A DNA stretch of 24,000 nucleotides from Horticoccus sp. 23ND18S-11 (GTDB lineage: Bacteria > Verrucomicrobiota > Verrucomicrobiia > Opitutales > Opitutaceae): assembly GCF_047521145.1 (NCBI RefSeq), contig NZ_JBKOKE010000001.1; one strand, given 5' to 3'. Every line of letters starts with the position of its first letter. Positions within the stretch are counted from its first letter, which is position 1. Below are positions 1 through 7,666 of this stretch, one piece after another. The notes beneath the pieces were generated by a model. It saw only the letters and a program-made list of their open reading frames with translations, did not search any database and was not told the origin of the DNA. Position numbers and translations under genes: made by a program.

Positions 1-86
1 GATTGCGAAGTGCGAACTGCGGATTTTCAGCACGACTGCCGGGTCGCGGATCGAAAATCCGCAGTCCGCAATCCGAAATCCGCAGT
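1..86. repeat. Palindromic intergenic element, family A; arms made of tandem heptamers A[A/G]TCCG[C/A]
   Basis: A perfect 13-bp stem pairs actgcggattttc (16-28) with gaaaatccgcagt (53-65) around a 24-nt loop. Positions 56-83 read AATCCGC AGTCCGC AATCCGA AATCCGC. Positions 1-28 are the reverse-complement version (AATCCGC AGTTCGC ACTTCGC AATC). The element lies directly 3' of the sufB stop and may be cut by the window edge. Confidence 0.6.
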
Positions 87-91
87 AGGTA

Positions 92-1543
92 TCAGCCGAC
101 CGATCCTTCCATTTCGAGGTCGATGAGCCGTTTGAGTTCGACCGAGTATTCCATCGGGAACTGGCGGGCGAGGTCGTTGATGAAGCCGTTCACGGCGAGG
201 CTCATCGCCTGGCCCTCGGTGAGACCGCGCTGCTGCATGTAGAAGATCATTTCTTCATTCACCTTCGAGACGCTGGCCTCGTGCTGCACGTAGTTGCGGT
301 CGCCGCGGACGGTGATCGCCGGATACGTGTCGGTGCGGCTGTTGGAATTGATCAGCAGGGCGTCGCACTCGGTGTTGTTCTTGCAGCCCTTGAGATGCTT
401 CGGGATGTGGACGACGCCGCGATACGTGCTGCGGCCCTGGCCAACCGAGATGGACTTGGCGACGATGTTGGACGTCGTCTCGTCGGCGGCGTGAATCATC
501 TTCGCGCCGGTGTCCTGGTGCTGGCCGTCGTTGGCGAGCGCGATGGAGATGACCTCGCCGCGGGCCTTGCGGCCCTTGAGGACCACGCCCGGATATTTCA
601 TCGTGAGGCGGGAGCCGATGTTGCAGTCGATCCACTTGATCTCGGCCTCCTCGTGCGCGACGCCGCGCTTGGTCACGAGGTTGAACACGTTGTTCGCCCA
701 GTTTTGCACGGTGATGTACTGGATCTTCGCGCCCTTGAGGGCGACGAGCTCGACGACCGCGCTGTGCAGGGTGGAGGTCGAGAACTTCGGCGCGGTGCAG
801 CCTTCCATGTACGTCACCTCGGCGCCTTCGTCGCAGATGATGAGCGTGCGCTCGAACTGACCGAAGTTTTCCGCGTTGATGCGGAAGTAGGCCTGCAGCG
901 GCTGCGCGACCTTCACGCCCTTCGGGACGTAAATGAACGAGCCGCCGGAGAACACGGCGCTGTTGAGCGCGGAGAACTTGTTGTCGCCGGTCGGGATAAC
1001 CTTGCCGAAAAACTTCCGGAAGATCTCGGGATGTTCGCGCAAGGCTTCCGTCGAGTTGGCGAAGATCACGCCCTGCTTGGCGACGATCTCCTTGATATTC
1101 GAGTACGCGGCCTCGGAGTCGAACTGGGCCTCGACGCCGGCGAGGAACTTGCGCTCTTGCTCCGGAATGCCGAGTCGCTCGAACGTCTTCTTGATGTCGT
1201 CCGGCACCTCGTCCCAGGTGCGCTTGGGCTTCTGGCCCTGCGAGAGATAATACCGGATTTTGTCGAAATTGATGTTCTCGAGATCCTTCGTTGCCCAATG
1301 CGTCGGCATCGGCTTTGAGCGAAACACTTTCAGCGCGTTGTGGCGGAAGTCGCGGATCCACGACGCCTCCTTCTTGACGCTGCTGATGTAGTCGACGGTC
1401 TTCTCGTTAAGCCCGGTGCCGGCGTCGAATTCGTACGTCATGTCGTACTGAAAATCGCCCTTGGTCTGGTCGATGCCAGCCACGGGATTGGCCGCCTCTT
1501 CAAAGGGCGGTGCGGAGGAAACAGTCTCGGTTGCGGACTTCAT
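92..1543 (-). CDS. sufB: Fe-S cluster assembly scaffold protein SufB
   Basis: The 483-aa ORF has a full-length SufB-type sequence (e.g. ...[15 protein letters not shown]..., ...[21 protein letters not shown]..., ...[21 protein letters not shown]...). It sits next to sufC. Confidence 0.95.
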   Translation of the reverse strand: MKSATETVSSAPPFEEAANPVAGIDQTKGDFQYDMTYEFDAGTGLNEKTVDYISSVKKEASWIRDFRHNALKVFRSKPMPTHWATKDLENINFDKIRYYLSQGQKPKRTWDEVPDDIKKTFERLGIPEQERKFLAGVEAQFDSEAAYSNIKEIVAKQGVIFANSTEALREHPEIFRKFFGKVIPTGDNKFSALNSAVFSGGSFIYVPKGVKVAQPLQAYFRINAENFGQFERTLIICDEGAEVTYMEGCTAPKFSTSTLHSAVVELVALKGAKIQYITVQNWANNVFNLVTKRGVAHEEAEIKWIDCNIGSRLTMKYPGVVLKGRKARGEVISIALANDGQHQDTGAKMIHAADETTSNIVAKSISVGQGRSTYRGVVHIPKHLKGCKNNTECDALLINSNSRTDTYPAITVRGDRNYVQHEASVSKVNEEMIFYMQQRGLTEGQAMSLAVNGFINDLARQFPMEYSVELKRLIDLEMEGSVG

Positions 1544-1588
1544 GGTGGATCTGAAATTTGAGATCTAAGATGTGAGATCGGGCCGGAC

Positions 1589-2353
1589 TTACGCCGGCAC
1601 GGCCGCAGCGAGTTCTTTTTTGACCCAGTCGTAGCCCTTGGCCTCGAGTTCGAGGGCGAGGGACTTGTCGCCGCTCTTCACGATCCGGCCGTCGTACATG
1701 ACGTGCACGAAATCCGGGACGATGTAGGAAAGTAGACGCTGATAGTGGGTGATCATCAGCACGCCAAGATTCGTGCTCCGAAGGGCGTTCACGCCGTCGG
1801 CGACGATCCGCAGCGCGTCGATGTCGAGGCCGGAGTCGGTCTCGTCCATCAGCGCGAACTTCGGCTCGAGCATGGCCATCTGCAGGATTTCGCAGCGCTT
1901 CTTCTCGCCGCCGGAGAAACCGTCATTGACCGAGCGGGACGTGAACTTCCGGTCGATCTTGAGCATGTCCATCTTCGAGTAGAGCCGCTTGTAGTAGGCG
2001 GTGGCGTCGAGTTCCTCGCCCTCGGCCATGCGCGCCTGCTGGGCGGCGCGGAGGAAATTGGCGATCGAAACGCCGGGGATTTCGCTCGGGTACTGGAAGG
2101 CCAGGAAAAGTCCGGCGCGCGCGCGCTCGTCGGCTTCCATCCCGAGAATCGACTTCCCGTCGAGCAGCACGTCGCCGCTCGTCAGCGTGTAGTCGGGATG
2201 CCCGGCGATGACCTTCGCGAGGGTCGACTTGCCGGTGCCGTTAGGCCCCATGATGGCATGGACTTCGCCACTGTTGATCGTGAGCGAGAGACCCTTGACG
2301 ATTTCCTTTTCGCCGATGGAGGCGTGGAGATTTTGGATGACGAGCGAGGACAT
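1589..2353 (-). CDS. sufC: Fe-S cluster assembly ATPase SufC
   Basis: The 254-aa ORF has Walker [13 protein letters not shown] signature FSGGEKKR and Walker [13 protein letters not shown]. It lies 45 nt upstream of sufB on the same strand. Confidence 0.95.
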   Translation of the reverse strand: MSSLVIQNLHASIGEKEIVKGLSLTINSGEVHAIMGPNGTGKSTLAKVIAGHPDYTLTSGDVLLDGKSILGMEADERARAGLFLAFQYPSEIPGVSIANFLRAAQQARMAEGEELDATAYYKRLYSKMDMLKIDRKFTSRSVNDGFSGGEKKRCEILQMAMLEPKFALMDETDSGLDIDALRIVADGVNALRSTNLGVLMITHYQRLLSYIVPDFVHVMYDGRIVKSGDKSLALELEAKGYDWVKKELAAAVPA

Positions 2354-2406
2354 GATTCGAAAAAGTGGAAAAGGGGCGGGAGACGGGTGACGGAGCGTTC
2401 CTGAGA

Positions 2407-2853
2407 TCAGCGGGTGTGGGTCGCGCTGTCCGAGGCGGACTGGGCTTTGCCGCGAAATGTGATCTCAACCGACTTCGCGTCGAAGCCGCTGGGCAGAACG
2501 CCGTTCAACGTTTCGAGCACCGACGGCGGCAGATCGATGTCGTGCGTGCGGCCGGTCTTCTCGTCGTGAAAATGTGCGTGCGGCCGGAGATTCGGGCAGT
2601 ACCGCGTCGGCCCGCGCTCAAAGTTCACTGCGCGGACGAGGTCGCATTGCACGAGCGTTTCCAGGCAGTTGTAGACCGTCGCCAACGAAATTGTCGGCAA
2701 ATCTGACTTCACTCGGGCGAACACTTCGTCCGCCGTCGGATGATCGCGTTTCTTGAGGAGTACTTCGTAAACCACCTCGCGCTGGGGCGTGGAGCGGAGG
2801 CCGCTGTCGGCGAGACGCTGGGAAAGGGCGTCGGAGTTTTCGGTGGCAGCCAT
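2407..2853 (-). CDS. Fur-family transcriptional regulator; subtype (Fur/PerR/Irr-like) unresolved
   Basis: The ORF reads [33 protein letters not shown]...[11 protein letters not shown]...[13 protein letters not shown]..., which is a Fur-type winged helix, followed by a His-rich metal site [14 protein letters not shown]. The start was chosen at the internal ATG at 2853; the ORF maximum is 2898. No CxxC pairs are present. The gene is co-oriented with sufC, 53 nt upstream of it. Confidence 0.8.
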   Translation of the reverse strand: MAATENSDALSQRLADSGLRSTPQREVVYEVLLKKRDHPTADEVFARVKSDLPTISLATVYNCLETLVQCDLVRAVNFERGPTRYCPNLRPHAHFHDEKTGRTHDIDLPPSVLETLNGVLPSGFDAKSVEITFRGKAQSASDSATHTR

Positions 2854-2874
2854 GTGTGGGAGGAAGGAGCAACG

Positions 2875-2919
2875 AATTGGAATGGTTCTAAGGCGCAAGT
2901 AATAATTGGAATTATTCTA
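2875..2919. promoter_or_regulatory. Candidate operator in an AT-rich island: a 16-nt direct repeat plus a 7-2-7 palindrome
   Basis: aattggaatggttcta (2875-2890) and aattggaattattcta (2904-2919) match at 14 of 16 positions. AATAATTggAATTATT (2901-2916) is a perfect 7-2-7 inverted repeat. This is the only strongly AT-rich stretch in the divergent Fur-like/porin intergenic region. It is not a canonical 7-1-7 Fur box. Confidence 0.35.
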
Positions 2920-3079
2920 AACAAAGAGCGCGGATGGTGGCACCGACAGGAGACCGGCTGCGAATTCGCTGTGAGTCCGTTCTCTTCGTCGGCTTCAAAA
3001 CACGCGATTTTCAGTCACCGCAATTTGGGTTGGAGGCGGTCGGCTCCGCGCTCAGCGTTCCCGCACCTCGCCCCTCCCC

Positions 3080-4270
3080 ATGCTGCTCCTCCGACGATAT
3101 TTTGCGCTGGCCGGCTGCCTGTGTGCAGCGGTGGCGAACGCCCAACCCGATGCCGCTGCGATCGAGGCCCGGCTCAGCCGGCTTGAAGCCGCGCTGGCCC
3201 GAATTGAAGCGCGCCTCGGCGATCGCGCGAACGTGCCGGAACTGGCACCGGTTGCGCGGGAGCTGAGCGAGGTGACCCGCGACGTGGCGACAAAAGTGCC
3301 GACGGCGATTCCCGCCCAGATGGCCGGGCGCGAGGAGAAACTGGCGGTGGGCGGCCTGCTGCAGGTCAATGCCGGAGCCGGCGGGGTGCCCGATGCCCGC
3401 TACGACGGCGTGCGCAACCGTTTCCTCGTGCGTCGCGCGCGGCTGATGGTGCGCGGAAGTTTTGCGGAGAACGTTGACTTCATGTTTCTGCCGGAATTCG
3501 GCAACGCGGCCATCACGGGCGTCAGCGGTTATCGCGGGCAGTTGACCGACGCGTATGTGACGTGGAGAAAATATCCGCAGGCCACGCTGCAAGCCGGACA
3601 ATTCAAGACGCCGTTCGGCTACGAACAGTTGATCAGTGACGCGAAGGTCGTGACGGTCGAACGCTCGCTGCCCAACGATCGCCTGACCTTTGGCCGGCAA
3701 ATCGGCGCCAGCCTCTCGGGTGTCGCCGCAGGCGAGACCCTCACGTACTCGGCTGGACTCTTCAACGGCAACGGCACCAACAACGGCAACAACGATAACG
3801 ACCAGATGATGTCGGCCGCGCGCGTGGGGGCGGTGGTCTGGACGCACGGCACCGACAGCCTGCGGATCAACGCGAATCTGCTCCACTCGCGCGACACCGG
3901 TGTCTTCACCGGCACGCGCGACGGACGCGGGATCGATGTGCAGTTTGCGCGCGGGCCGCTGGAGGTGGCGGCGGAGTATCTGCGCGTCGACTCCGCCCGC
4001 GCTGGTGGCAGCACGATCGTTGCCGACGGCTGGATGGCGCAGGCGACGTGGTTTTTCGGCTCGAAGATCTGGCAGGCCGTCGCCCGTTTCGAAACGTTCG
4101 ATGCGAATCGTCGGGCCGCAGGCAATGTCAGCGACGGCTGGGTCCTCGGCTTCAATTACTACCTGAAAGGCGACGATCTGAAACTTTCGTTCAACTACCA
4201 CCTGGGCAATCCGGCCGGCCCGCAGGCGCAGGAGGATCGCGTCCTCGGGCGGGTGCAGGTGGTGTTCTGA
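3080..4270 (+). CDS. Outer-membrane porin, phosphate-selective porin O/P (OprO/OprP) family-like
   Basis: The 396-aa ORF has a signal peptide MLLLRRYFALAGCLCAAVANA|QP and an N-terminal coiled segment. The body resembles the porin O/P family (FLVRRARLMVRG..., AGQFKTPFGYEQL...). The pattern alternates in beta-strand fashion and the C-terminal residue is Phe (RVQVVF). Confidence 0.75.
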   Translation: MLLLRRYFALAGCLCAAVANAQPDAAAIEARLSRLEAALARIEARLGDRANVPELAPVARELSEVTRDVATKVPTAIPAQMAGREEKLAVGGLLQVNAGAGGVPDARYDGVRNRFLVRRARLMVRGSFAENVDFMFLPEFGNAAITGVSGYRGQLTDAYVTWRKYPQATLQAGQFKTPFGYEQLISDAKVVTVERSLPNDRLTFGRQIGASLSGVAAGETLTYSAGLFNGNGTNNGNNDNDQMMSAARVGAVVWTHGTDSLRINANLLHSRDTGVFTGTRDGRGIDVQFARGPLEVAAEYLRVDSARAGGSTIVADGWMAQATWFFGSKIWQAVARFETFDANRRAAGNVSDGWVLGFNYYLKGDDLKLSFNYHLGNPAGPQAQEDRVLGRVQVVF

Positions 4271-4284
4271 CCTGCGGCGCGCGG

Positions 4285-4380
4285 CAGTTGAAAGGTGAAG
4301 GGTGAAAGTTGAAAGACCCGAACCTTTAGGGGTTGCGGCCAGCTCCGGTCTTTCACCCTTCAACTTTCACCTTTCAACTG
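4285..4380. repeat. Palindromic intergenic element, family B; 34-nt arms built from heptamers G[G/T]TGAA[A/G]
   Basis: The left arm is 4285-4318 and contains GTTGAAA GGTGAAG GGTGAAA GTTGAAA (4287-4314). The right arm is 4347-4380 and the loop is 28 nt. Arms are complementary at 30 of 34 positions, and the mismatches come from two heptamers being swapped. The element fills the gap between the convergent porin and M15 peptidase genes. Confidence 0.75.
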
Positions 4381-4388
4381 CTTCCCTC

Positions 4389-4946
4389 CTACACCGACCC
4401 TTCCTGCCAGAACCAATGCCACGGCTCGTAGCCGATGCCGTGCGGGTTGTCGCGCGGGTAGGAAAGCGTGAAACCGAATTCTCCGGCGTGCCACTCGAGC
4501 CAGCGGTAGGCGGCGGTGTGGGCGAAGTCCTCGTCGAGTTCGAGATGATCGGGTGAACCGATGTCCAGCGCGCGCCCCGAGTGATGTTCGCTGAAACCGG
4601 GCGCGGCGACGTAACGCAGAATGGCGTCGAGCTGCTGACCGGCGGCGAGTTTCTCCCGAAAAATCTCGGCCTGGCGTGCCACCGAGCGGAAGCCCGAGAT
4701 CGGCATCAACTCAAGGTCATCACGCGCCGCCGCGCTCCGCATGTTGGCCCATGCCTCGGCGGCCGGACGCACCAGCAGGATGGGCCGGCCGTCGTCGTTG
4801 ATGCCCACCTCGACCAGTTCACCGGCGGGCGCATCCGCATACGCGACGAGCTGGCGCTCCGCCGCATACGTTGCCGGGATCCGTAACTCGCGATGCAGCG
4901 CCGCGAGTGGGCGGGAGAGGGGCGGGTTTGGTTTCGGGCTCGGCAC
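4389..4946 (-). CDS. D-alanyl-D-alanine carboxypeptidase family protein (peptidase M15B, VanY-like)
   Basis: The ORF carries M15 motifs SGFRS, SEHHSGRALD and EPWHW. The maximal ORF (to 5276) overlaps the trxB 3' end in another frame. The start was chosen at GTG 4946, which is preceded by GGAGGA (4954-4959, minus strand) with 7-nt spacing. The start remains uncertain; GTG 4991 and 5009 are alternatives. Confidence 0.75.
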   Translation of the reverse strand: MPSPKPNPPLSRPLAALHRELRIPATYAAERQLVAYADAPAGELVEVGINDDGRPILLVRPAAEAWANMRSAAARDDLELMPISGFRSVARQAEIFREKLAAGQQLDAILRYVAAPGFSEHHSGRALDIGSPDHLELDEDFAHTAAYRWLEWHAGEFGFTLSYPRDNPHGIGYEPWHWFWQEGSV

Positions 4947-5014
4947 GATCGGATCCTCCGGGACTGGCGTTGACGTGGGAACGGTCTCCACGCCGGCCGC
5001 CGGTCGCACGCTAC

Positions 5015-5040
5015 AAAAAACGCGGGCGCGTACGGGCGTC
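5015..5040 (-). terminator. Possible weak intrinsic terminator after trxB
   Basis: On the minus strand the GC-rich segment gacgcccgtacgcgcccgcg is followed by TTTTTT (5020-5015), just 3' of the trxB stop. The stem is short and poor. Confidence 0.25.
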
Positions 5041-5043
5041 AAA

Positions 5044-5991
5044 CTAGCCGCCGTGTTCGGCGAGCCAGCGCTCCGCGTCGATTGCGGCCTGGCAGCCCAT
5101 GCCCGCGGCGGTGATGGCCTGGCGATACGTATGATCGGAGCAGTCGCCGGCGACATAGACCCCGGGGACGTTCGTCTGCACCTGAGAGCCCGCCTGTGGC
5201 TTGAAGTAGCCGCCTTCATCCACGTCCAGCGGCGGAGCGAAGGGGCCGGTGTTCGGAATGTGGCCAATCGCGACAAAGATGCCTTTCACGGGCAGGACCG
5301 ACTCGGCACCGGTTTTCACGTTCTTCACCTTGAGGCCGTTGACCGCGCCCTCCTTCACGCCGAGCACTTCGACCGGCACGCTGTCCCAGACCATCTGGAT
5401 TTTTTCATGCGACGTCGCGCGGTCGGCCATGATCTTCGAGGCGCGCAGGGTGTCGCGACGATGGACGAGATAAACCTTGCTCGCGAAACGGGTGAGAAAC
5501 AGCGCCTCTTCGGCCGCGCTGTCGCCGCCCCCGAGCACCGCGACTTCCATCTTGCGGTAGAACGCCCCGTCGCAGGTGGCGCAGGTCGTCACGCCCTTGC
5601 CGCCGTACAATTCCTTCTCGCCCGGAATCCCGGTGAGGCGCGGCGAGGCGCCGGTCGCAATGATGACGCTCTTCGCGAGGATCACGCGGTCTCCGCAGAT
5701 CAACTTGCGCGGCGTGGACGTGAAATCCACGGCGGTGACCATCGCCTGCTCGAAGCGCGTCCCGAATCGCGTCGCCTGCGCGCGCATGTTCTGCGTGAGC
5801 TGAAAGCCGTCCACGCCGTGCTCGAAGCCGGGGAAGTTTTCCACCTCGCTGGTGGTCGTGAGCTGGCCGCCGGGCAGCGGGCCCTCGAGCACGAGCGGAT
5901 TCAGATTGGCCCGGCCGGTGTAGATGGCGGCGGTGAGACCCGCGCAACCGGTGCCGATGATGACGACGTTTTCAACAGGAGGGTTCGACAT
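5044..5991 (-). CDS. trxB: Thioredoxin-disulfide reductase
   Basis: The ORF reads [24 protein letters not shown] (FAD GxGxxG), has the redox-active CATC in [11 protein letters not shown], the NADPH site [12 protein letters not shown], and a C-terminal GVYVAGDC. The start was taken at the internal ATG 5991; the upstream extension to 6057 has no homology-like character. Confidence 0.95.
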   Translation of the reverse strand: MSNPPVENVVIIGTGCAGLTAAIYTGRANLNPLVLEGPLPGGQLTTTSEVENFPGFEHGVDGFQLTQNMRAQATRFGTRFEQAMVTAVDFTSTPRKLICGDRVILAKSVIIATGASPRLTGIPGEKELYGGKGVTTCATCDGAFYRKMEVAVLGGGDSAAEEALFLTRFASKVYLVHRRDTLRASKIMADRATSHEKIQMVWDSVPVEVLGVKEGAVNGLKVKNVKTGAESVLPVKGIFVAIGHIPNTGPFAPPLDVDEGGYFKPQAGSQVQTNVPGVYVAGDCSDHTYRQAITAAGMGCQAAIDAERWLAEHGG

Positions 5992-6086
5992 GTGAAGCGT
6001 GACGGAAAGACAGAGACGCGGTCTCGCGTGACTGCAACTCCGGAGATGCAGTACCAATCGCTCGATGCCTTTCGACTGTAGCCGTG

Positions 6087-6136
6087 GCTGCGAGCGCCAG
6101 CGAGTGGCCGAACGACCACTCGCTGGCGCTCGTAGC
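6087..6136. repeat. Palindromic element, family C; 21-nt arms gct[g/a]cgagcgccagcgagtgg
   Basis: The left arm is 6087-6107, the loop ccgaacga is 6108-6115, and the right arm is 6116-6136. There is one mismatch. The element lies in the divergent trxB/dipeptidase intergenic region. A further copy of one arm occurs at 23347-23367. Confidence 0.8.
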
Positions 6137-6206
6137 TACGTTCGATCAGGAGGTCCAAGAGCAAAGGGCGATTGGTCTAACATGAGGATAAGATCACGTT
6201 GCACCA

Positions 6207-7376
6207 GTGGCCCCGGATCGCATCGTCCGCGGGATGTCCCCGGATTCCGCGAGCGCGTTGCACGAACGCTTGTTCACCTTCGACACGCACTGTGACACGC
6301 CCACCGCCTCGCTGATCAAGCCCGGCTGGGATTTCGGTGCGCGCCACGATTTCGCCGTCGATGGATCGCAGTGCGATCTGCCGCGGCTGCGCGACGGCGG
6401 CGTCGATGCGATGATGTTCGCCGTCTACGTGGGCCAGGCGGCACGAACGCCGGCCGGGCATGCGGTGGCTCACGACGTGGCGCTGCGGTGCTTTGAGCGG
6501 ACGCATGCCGTGCTGCGCGAAAACGCGGCGCAGTGCGGCCTGGCGCTATCGGCGGACGACGGTCCGCGCCTGAAAGCGGAGGGGCGTCGTGCGATCTATC
6601 TGAGCATTGAAAACGCGTACTCCCTCGGGCGCGATCCGGGCCACGTCGCGACCTTTCACCGGCTGGGCGTGCGCATGCTCGGCCTCACGCACATGCTCAA
6701 CAACGAGGTCGCCGATGCGTCGACGGATCCCCGCGGACCGGAGTGGGGCGGTCTGAGCCCGCTCGGACGTGAGATTGTGGCCGAGTGCAACCGGCTCGGG
6801 ATTGTGCTCGATGCCTCGCACGCGAGCGATGCCGTCCTCGAACAACTCCTCGCGCTCTCGAGCGCGCCGGTCGTGTTGTCGCACAGCGGGCCGCGCGGAG
6901 CGTGCGATCATCCGCGGAATGTCGGTGACGACCTGCTCCGGGCACTCGCGACCAAGGGCGGCGTGATCCAAATCAATGCGCTCGCGATCGCGTTGCGCGA
7001 TGATCCCGGCAATGGCCGGACCGCGGGCATTGCCGACGTGCTGATGCAGTATCGCGATGCGGTGCCGACGCCGGAAATGCGCGCCGCGGAGAGTCGCGCG
7101 TACGATGTCGTGTGCGCGCAACACCCCAACCCGACGGTGTCACTCGACGACGTGATTCGTCACATCGAGCACGCTGTGGCCGTGGCTGGCATTGACCACG
7201 TCGGGATCGGTTTCGATCTCGACGGCGGGGGCGGGGGCTTCGCCGGCCTGCGCGACGTCAGCGACTATCCCAACGTCACCCGCGCTCTCCTGGCTCGCGG
7301 CTGGAGCGAGGAGGCGCTGGCCAAACTGTGGGGCGGCAACACGCAGCGCGTGCTGCGCGCGGCTAGCGTGATTTGA
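6207..7376 (+). CDS. Membrane dipeptidase (peptidase family M19)
   Basis: The 389-aa ORF looks M19-like: FDTHCDTP near the N-terminus, LGLTHMLNNEVADAS, VLDASHASD, PVVLSHSG and GIGFDLDG. An alternative start is ATG 6234. Confidence 0.8.
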   Translation: MAPDRIVRGMSPDSASALHERLFTFDTHCDTPTASLIKPGWDFGARHDFAVDGSQCDLPRLRDGGVDAMMFAVYVGQAARTPAGHAVAHDVALRCFERTHAVLRENAAQCGLALSADDGPRLKAEGRRAIYLSIENAYSLGRDPGHVATFHRLGVRMLGLTHMLNNEVADASTDPRGPEWGGLSPLGREIVAECNRLGIVLDASHASDAVLEQLLALSSAPVVLSHSGPRGACDHPRNVGDDLLRALATKGGVIQINALAIALRDDPGNGRTAGIADVLMQYRDAVPTPEMRAAESRAYDVVCAQHPNPTVSLDDVIRHIEHAVAVAGIDHVGIGFDLDGGGGGFAGLRDVSDYPNVTRALLARGWSEEALAKLWGGNTQRVLRAASVI

Positions 7377-7515
7377 AGCCGCCCGTCAGCAGCAGAATCA
7401 CGCAGATGAGGACAATCAGGCCGACGGCACCGCCGCCGAACACCGGACCGCCGAAGTAAAAGCCGCCGCCACCGAACAAGAGCAGCAATACGATGATGAG
7501 AAGGAGGGGATTCAT
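7363..7515 (-). CDS. Small Gly-rich two-helix membrane protein (DUF3309-like in architecture)
   Basis: The 50-aa product is MNPLLLIIVLLLLFGGGGFYFGGPVFGGGAVGLIVLICVILLLTGGFKSR, taken from the internal ATG 7515. It has two hydrophobic segments separated by a Gly-rich turn. Its 3' end overlaps the convergent dipeptidase gene by 14 nt. Confidence 0.45.
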   Translation of the reverse strand: MNPLLLIIVLLLLFGGGGFYFGGPVFGGGAVGLIVLICVILLLTGGFKSR

Positions 7516-7666
7516 CCCATCATGGTACGGTGCGGCGCGCCCCGGTTCCGTGGGCGTGCGAATAGTTCCCGCAAACGGGATTGCACGAGGCCGGTAAAGC
7601 TCACGAAGTCGTCGGCGCAACGCGTCCTCCGCTCTGGAACCCCAGCTCCGCGTTCACCCCGCTCCC

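Noticed and set aside
255-1361. Long ORFs overlapping sufB: 255-1361 (-, out of frame, 368 aa) and 281-1318 (+, antisense, 345 aa)
   Set aside because: The translations are Arg/Pro/Gly/Ala-rich and low in complexity, as is typical of off-frame reading in GC-rich DNA. The SufB frame is unambiguous.
1544-1588. gagatc/agatct-rich sufC-sufB spacer considered as another palindromic element
   Set aside because: It contains only short self-complementary GATC/AGATCT cores, with no extended complementary arms.
2955-3030. Possible degenerate family A fragment upstream of the porin (gcgattttcagtcaccgcaat versus gcggattttcag / cagtccgcaat)
   Set aside because: The matches are only about 11 nt with gaps and there is no inverted partner. 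This could be chance in a short AT-containing stretch.
3011-4363. 450-aa minus-strand ORF antisense to the porin
   Set aside because: It shows no protein-like features. Its N-terminus is simply the family B palindrome read through. The porin frame has a signal peptide, family motifs and a terminal Phe.
4947-5276. Upstream 110 codons of the 295-aa ORF containing the M15 peptidase
   Set aside because: This part overlaps the trxB 3' end in another frame and has a Pro/Arg/Ser-rich composition. A GTG with a strong GGAGGA lies at 4946, and the homology-like region starts after it.
4741-6081. 446-aa plus-strand ORF antisense to trxB and the M15 peptidase
   Set aside because: It is a high-GC artefact. 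trxB on the opposite strand has all its catalytic and cofactor motifs.
6065-6295. Small ORFs reading through family C (..[17 protein letters not shown]..) and the other palindromes (e.g. 11434-11753, 4302-4556)
   Set aside because: These peptides exist in both orientations because the DNA is palindromic. They have no start context and no coding signal.
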